From Fimbriosthenelais zetlandica (taxonomy: Eukaryota), in the NCBI GenBank assembly GCA_977030845.1, contig OZ365109.1:60078001-60142000 (forward strand): DNA of 64,000 nt, in the 5' to 3' direction. A model generated the notes under the pieces. It made no database searches, was not told where the DNA came from, and saw nothing but the letters and a program-made list of their open reading frames with translations. Each line of letters starts with the position of its first letter. Positions within the stretch are counted from its first letter, which is position 1. Position numbers and translations under genes: made by a program. This document shows, piece after piece, positions 12,500 to 24,779 of the stretch.

Positions 12500-15000
12500 A
12501 AAGCGCCAACTGGGTAATCCAAATAAAAATAGGGGAGTTGAGACTTTACTTTAGAACTCTGTATATATATAGGTAATCTTAGTGCAAAGGTATATAGAAT
12601 CTCTTGAGTTTTTCCACGTGCTCGCATCTGCTCAGAGCAGCTTATGTCTCTGATAATCACAAGGATTGTGTATGTAAGTTAGTACTTATACAACGTGTAT
12701 TGGGGAGTTACGATCTCTTTGTAATAACCCAGATCCCAATTAGGCGAACAGATGGACGGTTATATGGCTCTAAACGATATGGACACAGTCAAACAACTCT
12801 TACAAATTCTAACGTTATGTCGAGAATGGACCATTATTAACCTCACTGGTTTAAGAGTGTATGGGGTAGAGTTATATATCAAAGGTTGATAGTGTCTGTA
12901 CGGGAAGAACCCATAAAAATAGGCCGAAAGAGCTGTGATCCCATGGACGGAACAGGCGAGAAAAAGGTGATTCTGACAGCAGGGCTTATTTCTGATTGGC
13001 TGGTCAGTCTGTTTGAGAGACTGTGAGCTCACCCGAGTGACCTGTCCATATCTCTCTCACAGCATGATGTGTGGAGGCTGTAGCTAGTAGTGTATGGAAA
13101 GTGACCACTGCAGCTGGCTGCTTCAATAGCGCACCACTACCCATAATAGCTTCACTATGGTGTGCTGTATCAGATAGTGAAGCCAATATTGGCATGTGGG
13201 AGCTAATCAGAGAGCGGTGTAGAGCTATAATGTATTATGTGAAGACCTTTGCTATGTTCAGGTATCGCCATTAGACAAGACTGGAGTTATCAGGTGAATT
13301 CCATTATGCTCGCTCCAGGTTTGCTAGATGAAGGCTAGGGTCGTGACATTCATACTGTGTATTCCTTATCATACAGGCCCCGATAGCCATGTGAGTGGGT
13401 GGATAACCCGAAAGGTATGTGGAAGCTTTTTATCTGGCTTCCTGAAATCAGTCCAATAATACCATACTTGGAGGAATCAATGGGGAACTATTTCGGGCAA
13501 AAAGTATACCAATTGTAAGCAAAGTTTGATTAAAAACCATAAAGTGGTTACTTGAACAATCTGAAATATTGATGAAAGGCCCAGTACTAGCTCTTTTGTT
13601 GGCCCAGCCATAAAAATGCACTCTACCAAAGACATCGCTTCTTGCAGAGACGTCGATGTTCCATTGTTAGCAAAGCAAATTTTTCAACGGGTAAAAAGAC
13701 TGAATTTGTTATTGGGCAATCGGTTATGTTTTGTTGGTTAAAACAGAAGCGGAGATAGATACCATCCAGTTTGCCTTATCATCACGAAACACTAGGTCCC
13801 TCTCGCGGATAACTCAAGAAGCATCTTCCACCAGAACATATTGGAGAGATGCATGGATGGAGGGGGGAAGGCCTATCTCATGCCAAGGCAAAGCTGCTGG
13901 GAAGAAAATTGAGAAGGAAAAGGTTATGTCATGTGGGAATGAAGAGAGTCCCGCTGGTGGAGGTCACAAAGGTCAATGTCTGTCCGATGTTGTGATGAGT
14001 TGTGCCCAATTAGAGTTCAGCTTTCTGACACACCTTCCTACTGGTGGTGCAGCCTGCAGCCAGGCAACTTGTCAATAACATTGACTGAGAGTTGCTCTAA
14101 TCCAGAGCCCGAGCCACTCTGTCAGGCCCTACTGACCCATCCACTAGGTATGTCTACCCCATTGGCCTCCGACAAAGGCTCAGTACGAAGCAAATCTCAT
14201 TTCCCGGGCTTTGCATCGGGCCCGGATAGACATGCTTGGACACGGCTTTAAGTCAGGCTCTGTCTGTCCTTTTATCAGTGGCCCTGGTGTTGGCAGACCA
14301 CATGGGACAATGCCAAGGACTGTGTTGAGCACACCCCAGATGCCCTTTACTTAATGTGCAACTCTAGGCTTCTGTGCCGGAATGCTCTGTCATTGCTAGT
14401 CTCTTGAATGATCGTCCTGCGTTTTTTCTCTTAAAATTGTCTTTCTTGCCAGCTCCACGCAGACAAGGCTTCGCAGGGTTTTCATCTCGTGCAAAGGGCA
14501 TTCAAAAGGTTGGTTATCCCTAGTTGCTTTCAAAAAGCATTCATGGAAAGACTAATGGAGATGTATTGCAAATGGTCCTCCAACTTTCCACGGAAACGCT
14601 GAAAATGAAGTTTCAGAGGATTTCCAAAACAATTTAACGTTTACTTCAAGTCCTAAGTTTTTCAATGGAGAAACTGTTTTCTTGTGTAAAAATGATTTTC
14701 AGAGGCAGGTAGTCAGCGACTAAAATGTCTTTACAAGATTTTTAACCACTGCGGTCCTTCTGAAGTTTATACAAAATGTTTTGACAGAAAATTGGAGACT
14801 GGGATTGATCTTGTATTTATGCTCATTATATTGCTGAGAAAAATATTTATACCCTCCTCAGGCATTTAAGTTTCAAGGAACCGTAGTTAATAAGATTATG
14901 CTATTTAATTTGATCCAGGACCCACAAGATTCCCCTTGTAGGCAAAATGAAAAATGGCCTGCTTGAGACGAAGGGTAGGCAGTTCACTTAATCCGATGTT
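12500..15000 (-). mobile_element. DIRS/Ngaro-type retrotransposon remnant (RT-RNaseH-YR)
   Basis: Minus strand: LGIVPCGLPTPGP (RT, ~14280-14318), VGRCVRKL (~14020-14040), VEDAS and NNGTSTSLQEAMSL (RNase H, ~13630-13830), SGELT (~13025), LKQTDQ...CSV...ALSAY...PLIYNSTPYT...SISFRAI (YR, 12760-13032). Confidence 0.6.
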
Positions 15001-16049
15001 AGGAGGCAATGAGTTGCATGAACATTAATTTAGTCTGCCAGAGATTCATGAATCAATTCATTCAGATGCATCATCTTAGGTTAAAGCAAGCGATCGATAG
15101 CTTCGAGAACTAGCAAGTACAGATCATGATGAATTGATTTTGTTCCTCTATGGAGGTGCACCTCATGTTTTATGCATTTAATAAAGGCAGTACCGGAGTA
15201 CCTCTAAGGTACATGGGCTTATGGTTTTCTATACAACAATTATATGAGCTTCCGCCAACCCTCAGGCTTTCTATCAGGTCTGAAACAAAAGGGCCTCTGA
15301 TAGTCTTCTGGGTGCACTAGGTGTAATTATATAAGCACTCCCTCTAGTTTAACTTTTGATCATGGTTGTCTGTTGCCTCTAGCCTGTTACCCATTCTAGG
15401 GTTATATGTGAGACTGGCCTCAATTAGGCCCGGCAACGATCCGTTAGCAGTTATTAGCTTAATTTACTTTTATGTACATAGAAGGGACTAACAATTGGAT
15501 CAATGCCTGGTGACTGATCGACTCAAGGATGTATAATATATATGACTGTGGGGCTTCATTAGGACTGGTGCATACTGCAAGCGCTGGAGGCAAGACCTGT
15601 TCATTAGGCACCAGTTGTCAGGAGTTGAGCCCTTTCTTTGTGGCTTGGAGTTGCCTCTAGAGTCTGCGAGGCCCCTTATCAACCCGTGCCTACCGGACAT
15701 ACCACTCCCGGTGCCGGGGACGGCTCTTGGGTGACGGATGAAAACCTTGGTCGCGCAGACAAGCCACCAATGATGGATAAGAATGAGCGCCAGTAAAGCA
15801 TTGATTGATAAGTTGGCCCCATGTCTCCGGCGCCATTGCGGGACAAGTCTGCCACGCTTGTGGACCCATTAGAGGAAGGCATCGTTGAGGCAACATCGGA
15901 AGCCAGCAATGGAAGGAACCACAGTGTAAACCAAAACAGAATTTATTACACATCCTTTTGCACTCTGATGGCTTTGTTTGAAAACGGGGCACCTACCATG
16001 TAATATATGCCACGGCAGCAATACAAGATCCTATAAGTGTTACATCCAT

Positions 16050-17990
16050 GCATCAGGCCCTTCCTCCTTAGAGAATTTCAAAATGGCTGGCAAAAAAATG
16101 CCAAGGCTGCTCTGAGAAAAACAGATGTTTTGATAACTTAAGATACGGCTACTAGGCACACATGGTAATGGAAACTTTTTGATTAATGAAGAAGCAATGC
16201 TTTTATAGAGGTTTGTAGCACCAATTCGATTACCGTCCTTGAAGAAGGTGTGAGGAAGGCTTAGGACCTTGTGTGATAAAACTGAATGGCTTCATATGAG
16301 ATGGAGACATTTACACTCGACAAAGCCATTAAGGGCTTGTGATTTAAAGGAAATGTATGATAAGCTTGTACTATGAAAGGGTCGTATATCAATGAGGATC
16401 CCCGACTAAGCCATTTCAGGAATCATATCCCAAAATGCATCAACATGGATCTTCTGCGATGAAATTCAATAAAAGCAATATGTATGCAACTCGGCATCTG
16501 GATCTAACATGCTTTGGCCAAACAATTTTTCCAATGGACAAAATCTTTCATGCGAATATCTGCTTTTGTAGTATAACATAAGACTACAGAACCTTCAATA
16601 TGTAGGTAATATCAACTGGAAACCATTTATGTGATGATGCCCTAGGTTCCTGTGTAGACTGATGTTGAAATCCCTTGAACTTTAATTACATCTGCATTTT
16701 TCAGCAAAGCAAGAATATATAGCCTATATAATTATGCTGAAACTTCCCAATGCCTTTGAAGACCCAGACATGCGATACCACCAATTTAAAGGCACTTTGG
16801 ATTTGTCTGTATGGATGGATTTATTGCCTTCAGAGATTTAAATACCTCCATCCCATTTTGTTTTTTTGAATAAAAAAATCCCCAAGCATGACTAGGAATA
16901 TTGAAACAGTGTTGGAGAGTCTACTGAGGCCAGAAAGTGAAATGCATTGTCAATAGAGGTAACTGTTTGCAAATCACATCCCCTTTTGTCCACTCAAATT
17001 CATGGAATATACATGCAATGGTTGGAATCCCAACCTCGCCATTGCTAGCGCCGTGCAAATGCATACATTCAGGCAATGAATCCAGAAGCTAGCTGAGGAG
17101 GTTTTCTGTCACATTGAATGTTTGCTGCACAACACTAAAAACTAGTCATGAACTTCGAGGGAGTTTAATCAAGATCAGAATGGATATTCTTGTTAAAAAT
17201 TCATTTTACTCAACTGAAACCTATATATAATATACTGTCTCCAAATACTGTACAATGTAATTGGATTCATTCATAATTTAGAGTTAGCTGAGCACTGCTT
17301 AAATTCTGTTTACAACAACACTGGATGGATAAAGTTTCCCTAGATGAAATTTGAATAATTTTCTTTTTGAAAGTTTGAAATTACATGTAGGAGTAGGGGG
17401 CCTTCCTCTGAATCATTTCCGACCGCAACATTAAACTTTCGTAACCTTACAATGGAAAAGACTCACATGTTTGCATCGTCTTATTTTATGCATACTAAAA
17501 TATGGTTTTTCTATTAACCTTCCAACATTTTGTTGTCTGGGTGTATGAAGTAATCTCGCCTCTCACCACCACGCCTTGACAATGTAGCCGTACACTTGCC
17601 ATTATGAGTGTAAAGGTCAGGCCACCTGAACATCATGTAAAGCAGACTTTTTTGTATGATAAGGTGTACAGGTTACACGAATGAAGGCTGATACTTTGAT
17701 GGAGGTGAAACTGAGATAGCGTTTTGGATTCCATATTGCAATTATGCTGTATCATCTGTGTATCATTCGTGACCAAACTTTTCTCTCGGCACTCATCCAA
17801 GTTCATGTGTACATGATAGATTTTACTAGAATATTATGCTACAATATGGGAATAAATCTCTTTATGCCCTCAGGCGAAGTTGCAAAAAAAAGAAGCAAGA
17901 TACACTTTCACATTATTCTCATTGTCAATGTGCTATTATAAGGCCACAGATTCTAAGAGTTGGCTGGAAGGAATTCTGCAAATTGCAGGA
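16050..17990 (-). pseudogene. Same viral L gene, connector + methyltransferase domain remnant
   Basis: KW (~16855), IGGIA (GxGxGG remnant, ~16775), DAE (~16492), GSSLIY[D] (cf. VSV GTLIYKT, ~16390) and SYE (~16295). K-to-E distance is ~187 codons versus 182 in VSV L (K1651-D1762-K1795-E1833). The connector part (16900-17990) shows no motif I can recognise. Confidence 0.62.
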
Positions 17991-18015
17991 AGGAACAGAC
18001 CACTAGAACCTATCA

Positions 18016-18168
18016 GGTGTCAGGAGAATTTTCCTCCAGACTATCCCCAGTCCAATTCCCCCAGACGATTCCCACCAGGTTGATTGCCCCAAAGGATAAT
18101 TCCCCCTAGGATAATTCCCCCAACCAATTCCCCCCAGGAAAATCCCCCTTATGACGACCCCCAGTCCC
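18016..18168 (+). repeat. Degenerate ~12-14 bp tandem array (ggataattcccc-like units), probably part of a non-autonomous DNA element inserted in the viral L gene
   Basis: Units visible directly: ccaattccccc, gattccc, gattgcccc, ggataattccccc (x2), ccaattcccccc, aaaatccccc, preceded by ggtgtcaggagaatt. Confidence 0.75.
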
Positions 18169-19299
18169 AAATAAAAACTTCAACGAAGATAGCCATTTTA
18201 AACAAAACTTCAATATTATTAATATATTATTTCTAGACCATCTGATTACTTCACCAGTAAAACCCTAGTACAGCAGGAGGATTTTCTGTAGGGTATAGAT
18301 TAAATAGTGACGGTTTTATATAATTATATTATTTGACATGTTTGATTCTGGGTCTATTTAAACATAACGATGACAACATTTATCCATTTTTGAGTATGTA
18401 TATCAAAAGATAATTATGATCATGTTTTAAAGAATTCAAAACAAAGTTTTTATCAAAGGAGTGATTGGATCTGATCCAATGAAAAATATCCAGATAGTAG
18501 AAAAGTTTAGAGATATTGGTTCCTAATGCAGGATTCCAATTGGCACTGACAGAAGAGTGAGTTGATTAATTTCAATTTTAATGATTCAATCTGTACAGGT
18601 CATTACCATTCATTGGGATGTAATCACCTATCTGTCCGAGCAACTTTTCAAATGATGATTCCTAAATAGCCATGATTATGTCAGTAATGTCACTACAGGG
18701 CCAGGGATAATTACCGTCTTTTATTGATGAAACGGCTTCATTTAAGCATCATATTTCGGTCGAGCACTGACGTATTTATGACAGATTAAATGTCATTACA
18801 TCTCTGGCTGAAACGGATTGTCGTTCTGTCACACACTATGGCGATTTCTTTATGCTCTGAATTATGAGCAGCAGAACTTGTAGAAAAAGTCATAAAGGTG
18901 AAGGAGCTCTGTACACGGAGCAAGAAGCACATGTGTGCATGTGTTGACTCCTATTTTACATAATTTGAACTTTTGTAAAAATGGAAGGGAAATACATTTA
19001 AATATTGTCACTGTGTTATTTATGTTTGGAAGATGCTCATGGATCCAATATTTAATTCCTCGCATTTTACTTTTATTTTGTAGGTGAGTGATTTGCTGAA
19101 ACGTAATGAGAAGCGCAACAAAGCTTTCAAATATAACTTAAGTTATATAATTTATAATATTTTTAAACAAAAACTACATTATGTGCGCTGGGGCAAGTGG
19201 GTAAGTAGGATTTCATGATATAGATTACCAACAAAAAATGGGGATGGACAGTCGGACGTACCACGTTAGAGAAAGTTATATGTTTGTCAATGTTTAGTT

Positions 19300-22200
19300 T
19301 AGTTTAAGCCAGGAATCATGCATGCTTACAGGGATCTGTGCCCTGAAAGTTTTCCAAGACTCTGCGGCAGTTCCTTGCAGAAATTTCAGAAGCACATTGC
19401 ACGACGCAGTCAGTATTGGTGATGGCGTCACGAGCATTGGCCAATAACAAGGGACCTCTTTGTGGAGGATAATGTGGATGGAATAGCGATGAATTGGTGC
19501 AATTACTGCAGCACCTCTCTTCTGTATTGCTATTCCAACTTATCTACAGCCCAGAAGAGAGATAATGCAACAGACTATTGCCACTCGCCTCTCCTAATGA
19601 ACAGCGGCATCTGGAATAAGTTGCTTCTGCCAACAGGAAAAAGCGAGACAAACCCCATTTGTGACTTGTATATTTTAATTTTTGTTTCCAGTGGATGTTT
19701 TTTCCATGTCCGCTTCCCAGTACTTTCTGTATGACACTGCGTCATAATAGTTATTATTCACTGGAAAATGCTGCATAATTCTGGCAAATCTTTACAACAT
19801 GGTGCGGTTGAATCAGGAGAAAAACCCAGGGGCATAACTTGAAGCAATGAAGACAGATGAGGGAGTCAGATGGGAATGAAAGGGACTTGATTTCTCTCGG
19901 TAAGATCTTAGATTTAAATATCTAAGTCATTCTGTCCTCGTAAAGCTGTTTCGTTCTCTAGGAACCGGTAAAGTATAGATTGCTTTTTTGGTATTCATTG
20001 ATTGCACATTATAGACGTGTATAAATTCAATCTCTAAAGGACAGGTGCAAGCTATACCCAACTGCCATGGCACAAGTTAGACCTCGGCCTAAACCATTAA
20101 CACACATTTAAGATCAATTTTCCAAGGAAATGAAAATTATCTAGTAATGTAAATTGAGGTCAAAATTCTGAGAAAGTACTACTCTTCGAAAAATTCAAAC
20201 TAATAAGAATCAACCTGATAATGTCAGTCAAAGCACATTGACGCAGGCAGCCTTTGATGTTGGGAAAAACAAATAGATGCCCAAAGGTATCTATCAGTTG
20301 GACATAATGTCCGGAATGGCCATTGTAAAGTTTGGATAGAAAAGGTGAGATTGGGGTCTGAAAAGCCTGGGGCAATGTGACATGGCCATAGACTTATGTG
20401 ACAGAAGGGGGAGGAAAAGATCACACCCTCAGGCTATAACATTCCCTTAACTTGATCTTTAACCTTTGCCTGTATCAATCTTATATCAGTAGACTGGATC
20501 TCCAATTTTTGAATTAACACTTAGGGAGTAGGTGGTCTTACACAGGGTATCGCTTTGCAGCAGTCGAGCAAGCATGAAGTCATTTGAGATGAAGGTTACA
20601 GATGGCTGCCTTTCAGAGGTTTGTCTGGGCAGGAGGATTTTGGCGGCCACTGTTGACCGCAGTGACAGGTGGTCCAGAGACACCCCAAGACCGAAGCACT
20701 CTCCACATCGTTCTAGCTAGATTTATTGTGACAGTAAACAGTTCTTGTTACCAACTAACAAGCTTGTAAAGCGGATCAAATGTGAGAGCTATGCTAAACA
20801 TCTGCCATCGCTGCTGCGAGTAGAAATAAATGGGAGAGAATCGGAGAGTTTCAAAGTGGCTAGTTCTAGGTTTATCCGATAAATAATTCCCTGTTCAACT
20901 GACCATGTAGGTCTATCAAATCCATGTTCTAAGCCTTTTAGGTATGTAAATTGTGGAACAGTATACATATCCTCCCACACTTTATCAACCTTTTACAAGA
21001 CAGGTAGTATCCTATTCTCCCACACACTCAGTATTTAAGCGATCTTTCACTGGAATCACCCACACCCAATCTTCCAACTGATATAAATGATCTAAGGCCT
21101 CCTTATCAGCCCAGTGCAGGTAGACCGTTGCACTGAAAACCAGGATTTGAGGACATTCATCTTTTGCACAATAAGCCGTAAAGCAGTGCTCCGAGCGACA
21201 GTCATCAAGACCACACACACCGTGGCCAGGGTGTATGGCATTAAATGTACCTTGCTGGCCTTATCGCCTGAGGGCCCTTATTGACCAGTCGTTTCACTCT
21301 TTTCAATTAGTTCTATTTGATCTTTTGTTAGCGTTCAGAAGAGCGTGAATGGTAAAATCCAGTGTCCTATGTTTCATACTAATCATAGGCTCGTGTTAGA
21401 ACCACAGCATATCTTAGTACAACCTCAAGGCCGACAGCTAGCTTAATGTTCGTGTTAGAACCATAGCATATCTTAGTACAAACTCAAGGCCGACAGCTAG
21501 TTTACCAACCTCCCCTATACTTCAATAAGATAAGTCTTTACCTAAGTATCCTAAGTATCCTCTCCACCATCAGGCATACTACAAAATGGCTTTCCAAAGG
21601 GCATTCATTTCTTTATTAGCTTCAAGAATGCGAACGATATTTTAGCTTTTAATACAAGCAGTCTATCCCTATTGGTCTCCCGAGTCGTCTCTGATTTCAA
21701 TATCAATACAACAGTATACTTGACAATAATGTCTATACTAGATACCATGTGGGTAGGCCTGTTAACAATATTTCTTGGTATCCAATTCTCAAGTTGAAGA
21801 ATGGAAATGCAACCTGATTCTCTTATTAACGCCTTTGAACACAGTCAATGGTTTACCCTCCCATGGTGAAAGACAAAAACCAGTATGCTTTCTTCCATCT
21901 TATCCACACCTCCAGAGAAACATGAACTAAAAACACGCCCACCTAAAAGCTTTCCTGGCTATTGGAAAGAGTAGCTGTGAAAAGAAGCAGCCTGAGATTT
22001 CAAGGTAAAGCCTCTTGTTCAACGAAGCAGTCATACTTTTTTCCTTAAAAGCCTGCCAAAGCTCAAGATGGTCTAGGATCCCCTCTGTCTATTGACAGTA
22101 CGTGTTGCAGCTTCCATGACGGGTCGTAAATGTGACACTGTCGGCATTCACGGTCTCTGAACTGAAATGCACCCGCCGGATTTTGTCCTGGTGCATAAAC

Positions 22201-23310
22201 AACAAGCGACAGGCTAGCAACGATCAATGAGGAAGAAGCAAGCCATCTCCCAAGTCAAGACTTGGGTGCATGGCCTTATCAGAGACTTTCTGCTTGAAAT
22301 AACCAGGGTTTACACACTGTTATAGAGAACATAGCAACAACATAATTCATAGTCCATGTCCTTTAACAAAGCAGGCAATGTCTATATTCAAGAAGGCAGT
22401 AACTCTCCGCCTCTCGTTTTCCGGGTGGGGAGTTTGGCTGAGTGATAGCAGGGGAATGTTTAAGGTACTATTTAAGGCACCGCTCGTTTATCTGGTCTTT
22501 CATAGTCTTCCATCAAGGTGTATTCTCCATATCATGCAACCTGAGTAGTGTTCCTCAGACAAAACATATCAGTTGTGAAGGTAGTTTATGAGCAGGAAGA
22601 AGCTCGCCTTTTTATGATAGATCTCCTGAACTCCAAGATCAGACAACGAGGGAAGTCTATTGAGCGACAGCAAAGACAGGAAATCTGTTTGAAGGTCACA
22701 CAATCCATCTCGTGTACAACAGACGTTCATATATGCACACATTTATATTTTTGTTCAGCCTATTCCTGATACATCTGTTCTGCCGCACCTGTACCCTGCA
22801 GAGGTTTAGATATTTCTATTGGTGTCTGTATTGCTTAAATGTCAGTTTTCTATCTGAGAAAAAGGTTTTCCCTTTCTGCTTTCATATACAAACGGAAAGT
22901 CGAAAGGCATTGTTGCCGCTTTGTATTTTTAAACAGATTAATTCTTCTTGGCGTCTGTCCCAGTTCCTGGTGTATGGGTTGGGCAGAGTTTAATATGTGG
23001 ATTTAATGTAAAAGAATGAAGAACAATGAAGTACAAAAATGACATCAGGTGCATTAATACGATGTCTTTGATTGGGTTTCCTGTTCAACTGCAAAATGAG
23101 GGCAAAAAACTATACCCCCGCAAAGTTCTGTGTTTTACTTCATTGAGGTGGCAGACGTCTTTGGAAGCATCACCAATGGAGTATGGAAAACTTTTGGCGG
23201 TGTCATCCCTTTCCCTCTTCATGTTTTTGCCCTGCTTGATGTCCATACTGACCTTTTTAAATGGGATGACATTCTCGGTGAATTCATCCTTGTAAGGACA
23301 AGAACACATT
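19300..23310 (-). pseudogene. Endogenous negative-strand RNA virus L gene (N-terminal, RdRp and PRNTase/capping domains), decayed
   Basis: Frameshift-tolerant manual translation shows L motifs in order: MHPSLDLGDGL (GHP-like, ~22242-22271), FTTRHG (~22115), SKAL (DKA-like, ~21830), ANKEMN/FGKPFCSM (motif F, ~21575-21620), LDDCRSEHCF (motif A, ~21180-21209), DRLN (~21035), HGFDRPTWS (motif B, ~20900-20926), SSDG (degenerate motif C, ~20810), SVTFISND (cf. VSV RVTCVTND, ~20580-20600), GFSDP (~20355), SLN (~20195), FRPR (~20085), Y(L)GSRT (GxxT, one frameshift, ~19705-19722) and IHRY (~19483-19491), 75 codons after GxxT. Many stops and frameshifts. Confidence 0.82.
21391..21500. repeat. Two-copy direct tandem duplication (51-bp units, 59-bp period)
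   Basis: tcgtgttagaaccacagcatatcttagtacaacctcaaggccgacagctag (21391-21441) is repeated at 21450-21500 with 2 mismatches. Confidence 0.95.
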
Positions 23311-23329
23311 AATGGGGGGTCTGTCTGAC

Positions 23330-23900
23330 GAGGGGGAGACTGCCAGGGATAAATTACAAGCGATGCCTGTCTTATTGCCCCGAGTTGTCGCTGGAAATGT
23401 CAGTGGGTGAAAGGACCCCTGCTTAATCACGGCTCAAAGTTGCCGATGATTTAGGATGTGCCTGAAAGCTACCTGAAACCCAAGCCTCAAGTGGTTGGTC
23501 ACTCACTCCATGCATGAGAATAGGGAGCACTTTGGCTGGAGGCGAGAATAATCAGGCGTATTCAATGGGGGCTTCAACATCCATTCCTTATCAGGTGAAT
23601 ATCTGTCAGGCTTTTTCCCTCAGTCACGACAAAAGAGCCCTATGGGTTCCTATAAAGATCTATATTGAAGTGTCAGTGCTGAGGTCGGCTTGGTAATTAT
23701 AATGTGCTCATTAACACGAAATCTATGGGGCTGGGTATGGGACGTGGGTGTAATATGAAACCCTCGGTTTATGAGAGCCTGACCCATGTAACCTAGCCTA
23801 GGGCTGAGTGTCCTTTCGCCCTGTGACTATTATTGAGCTCGGCCCATCGCTCATTGGGTAGGAGCGAGGCATATAGGCTCTCCTGTGACGAGATGGGTGT
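23330..23900 (+). mobile_element. DIRS-type tyrosine recombinase C-terminus and 3' remnant
   Basis: HSM-(H)-MRIGSTLA...MGASTSIPYQVNIC resembles HSFRIGAAT...LGRWxSxAYxxYI (~23500-23615). Confidence 0.5.
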
Positions 23901-24779
23901 CGGCAAAAGCCATTCATCTTCATACAGAATACACATCAGACACACTCTTCAAACTTACAGGTAGAAAAGGCAAATAACTGTCATCATATGCCGCCCCTAG
24001 ACTTTGACTAAAATACACCGGAAAAAATTATTGCACTTTTTATAGACTAAGACCAAGAGATTAAAAGTGCAAATGTTTAAAAAAAAAATTGCAAACAGAC
24101 CCATGGAGTCAATTAACACGGTGTTTTAATACACTTTAAGATCATTTTGGATCATTTGAACACCGGTGATTCAATTAAAATCTGCCTCAGGTTGAACAGT
24201 GGGTTTTAAGGGAAGAGACTGTTTTTATCTTTAATGTGCAAAATGATGATTGTAATATTATCATAACTAGTGTCAATAACCAATTTACAAATGGCGTGCA
24301 CATGAAAGATGGATAACAGCCATATTTTTACCCCTCACCTCAGCCCAGGACTCATTGGGTTCTTCTAGTGCATGGTTAACAGATTAAAAATAAAAAATAA
24401 AAATAATTTTTGAAGAAGTTTTTACCAAAGCCTAGGTATATAACAGTCATTGTTTGGACTCATATTTAACAAAGTCGTTTTTAATAATGGAAGTCGAGGA
24501 AATGGAAGAGCTGAGTGTGCAACATAATAGATTAGGGTTAAGCAGTGAAAGGGCCATCAAAACTGACAGTTGTTTAATTATAGGTGAACCCTTGGCAGCC
24601 TACTCGCTGATTTTGGCCGTCTTCCATGCACTAGTCGTCATTAAATCATGTAGCCGAGGCGTAGCGAATCAAATATTTATTTGCCTCGACTGGCAGGATG
24701 GTGTTACAGGTGATGGTTAATGTCATAAGAGCCCATACATCTCATGATGTTTTCTGCAAAACGCAAAGAGAAAAGCTCG

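Noticed and set aside
13731-14251. + strand ORFs with TGG...C motif suggesting a KDZ/Zisupton transposase
   Set aside because: The minus strand shows several ordered DIRS RT/RNase H motifs over the same bases.
15500-15990. Overlapping minus-strand ORFs with weak YR N-terminal resemblance (YWRSF, LIRGL...TPD)
   Set aside because: Too weak; could equally be the viral L C-terminal domain or noise. Left unassigned.
21391-21500. Repeat-spacer-repeat pattern resembling a CRISPR array
   Set aside because: Only two 51-bp copies with an 8-bp gap, eukaryotic context and no cas genes; a simple tandem duplication explains it.
22025-22290. Alternative L alignment taking VSDKA (~22275), RDREC (~22150) and FKEKSMT (~22030) as the DKA, motif F and pre-A motifs, implying two L copies
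   Set aside because: Spacing to the downstream motifs A-C is wrong by ~250 codons. A second set (MHP, RHG, SKAL, NKEM/FGKPFCSM) fits canonical spacing as a single gene.
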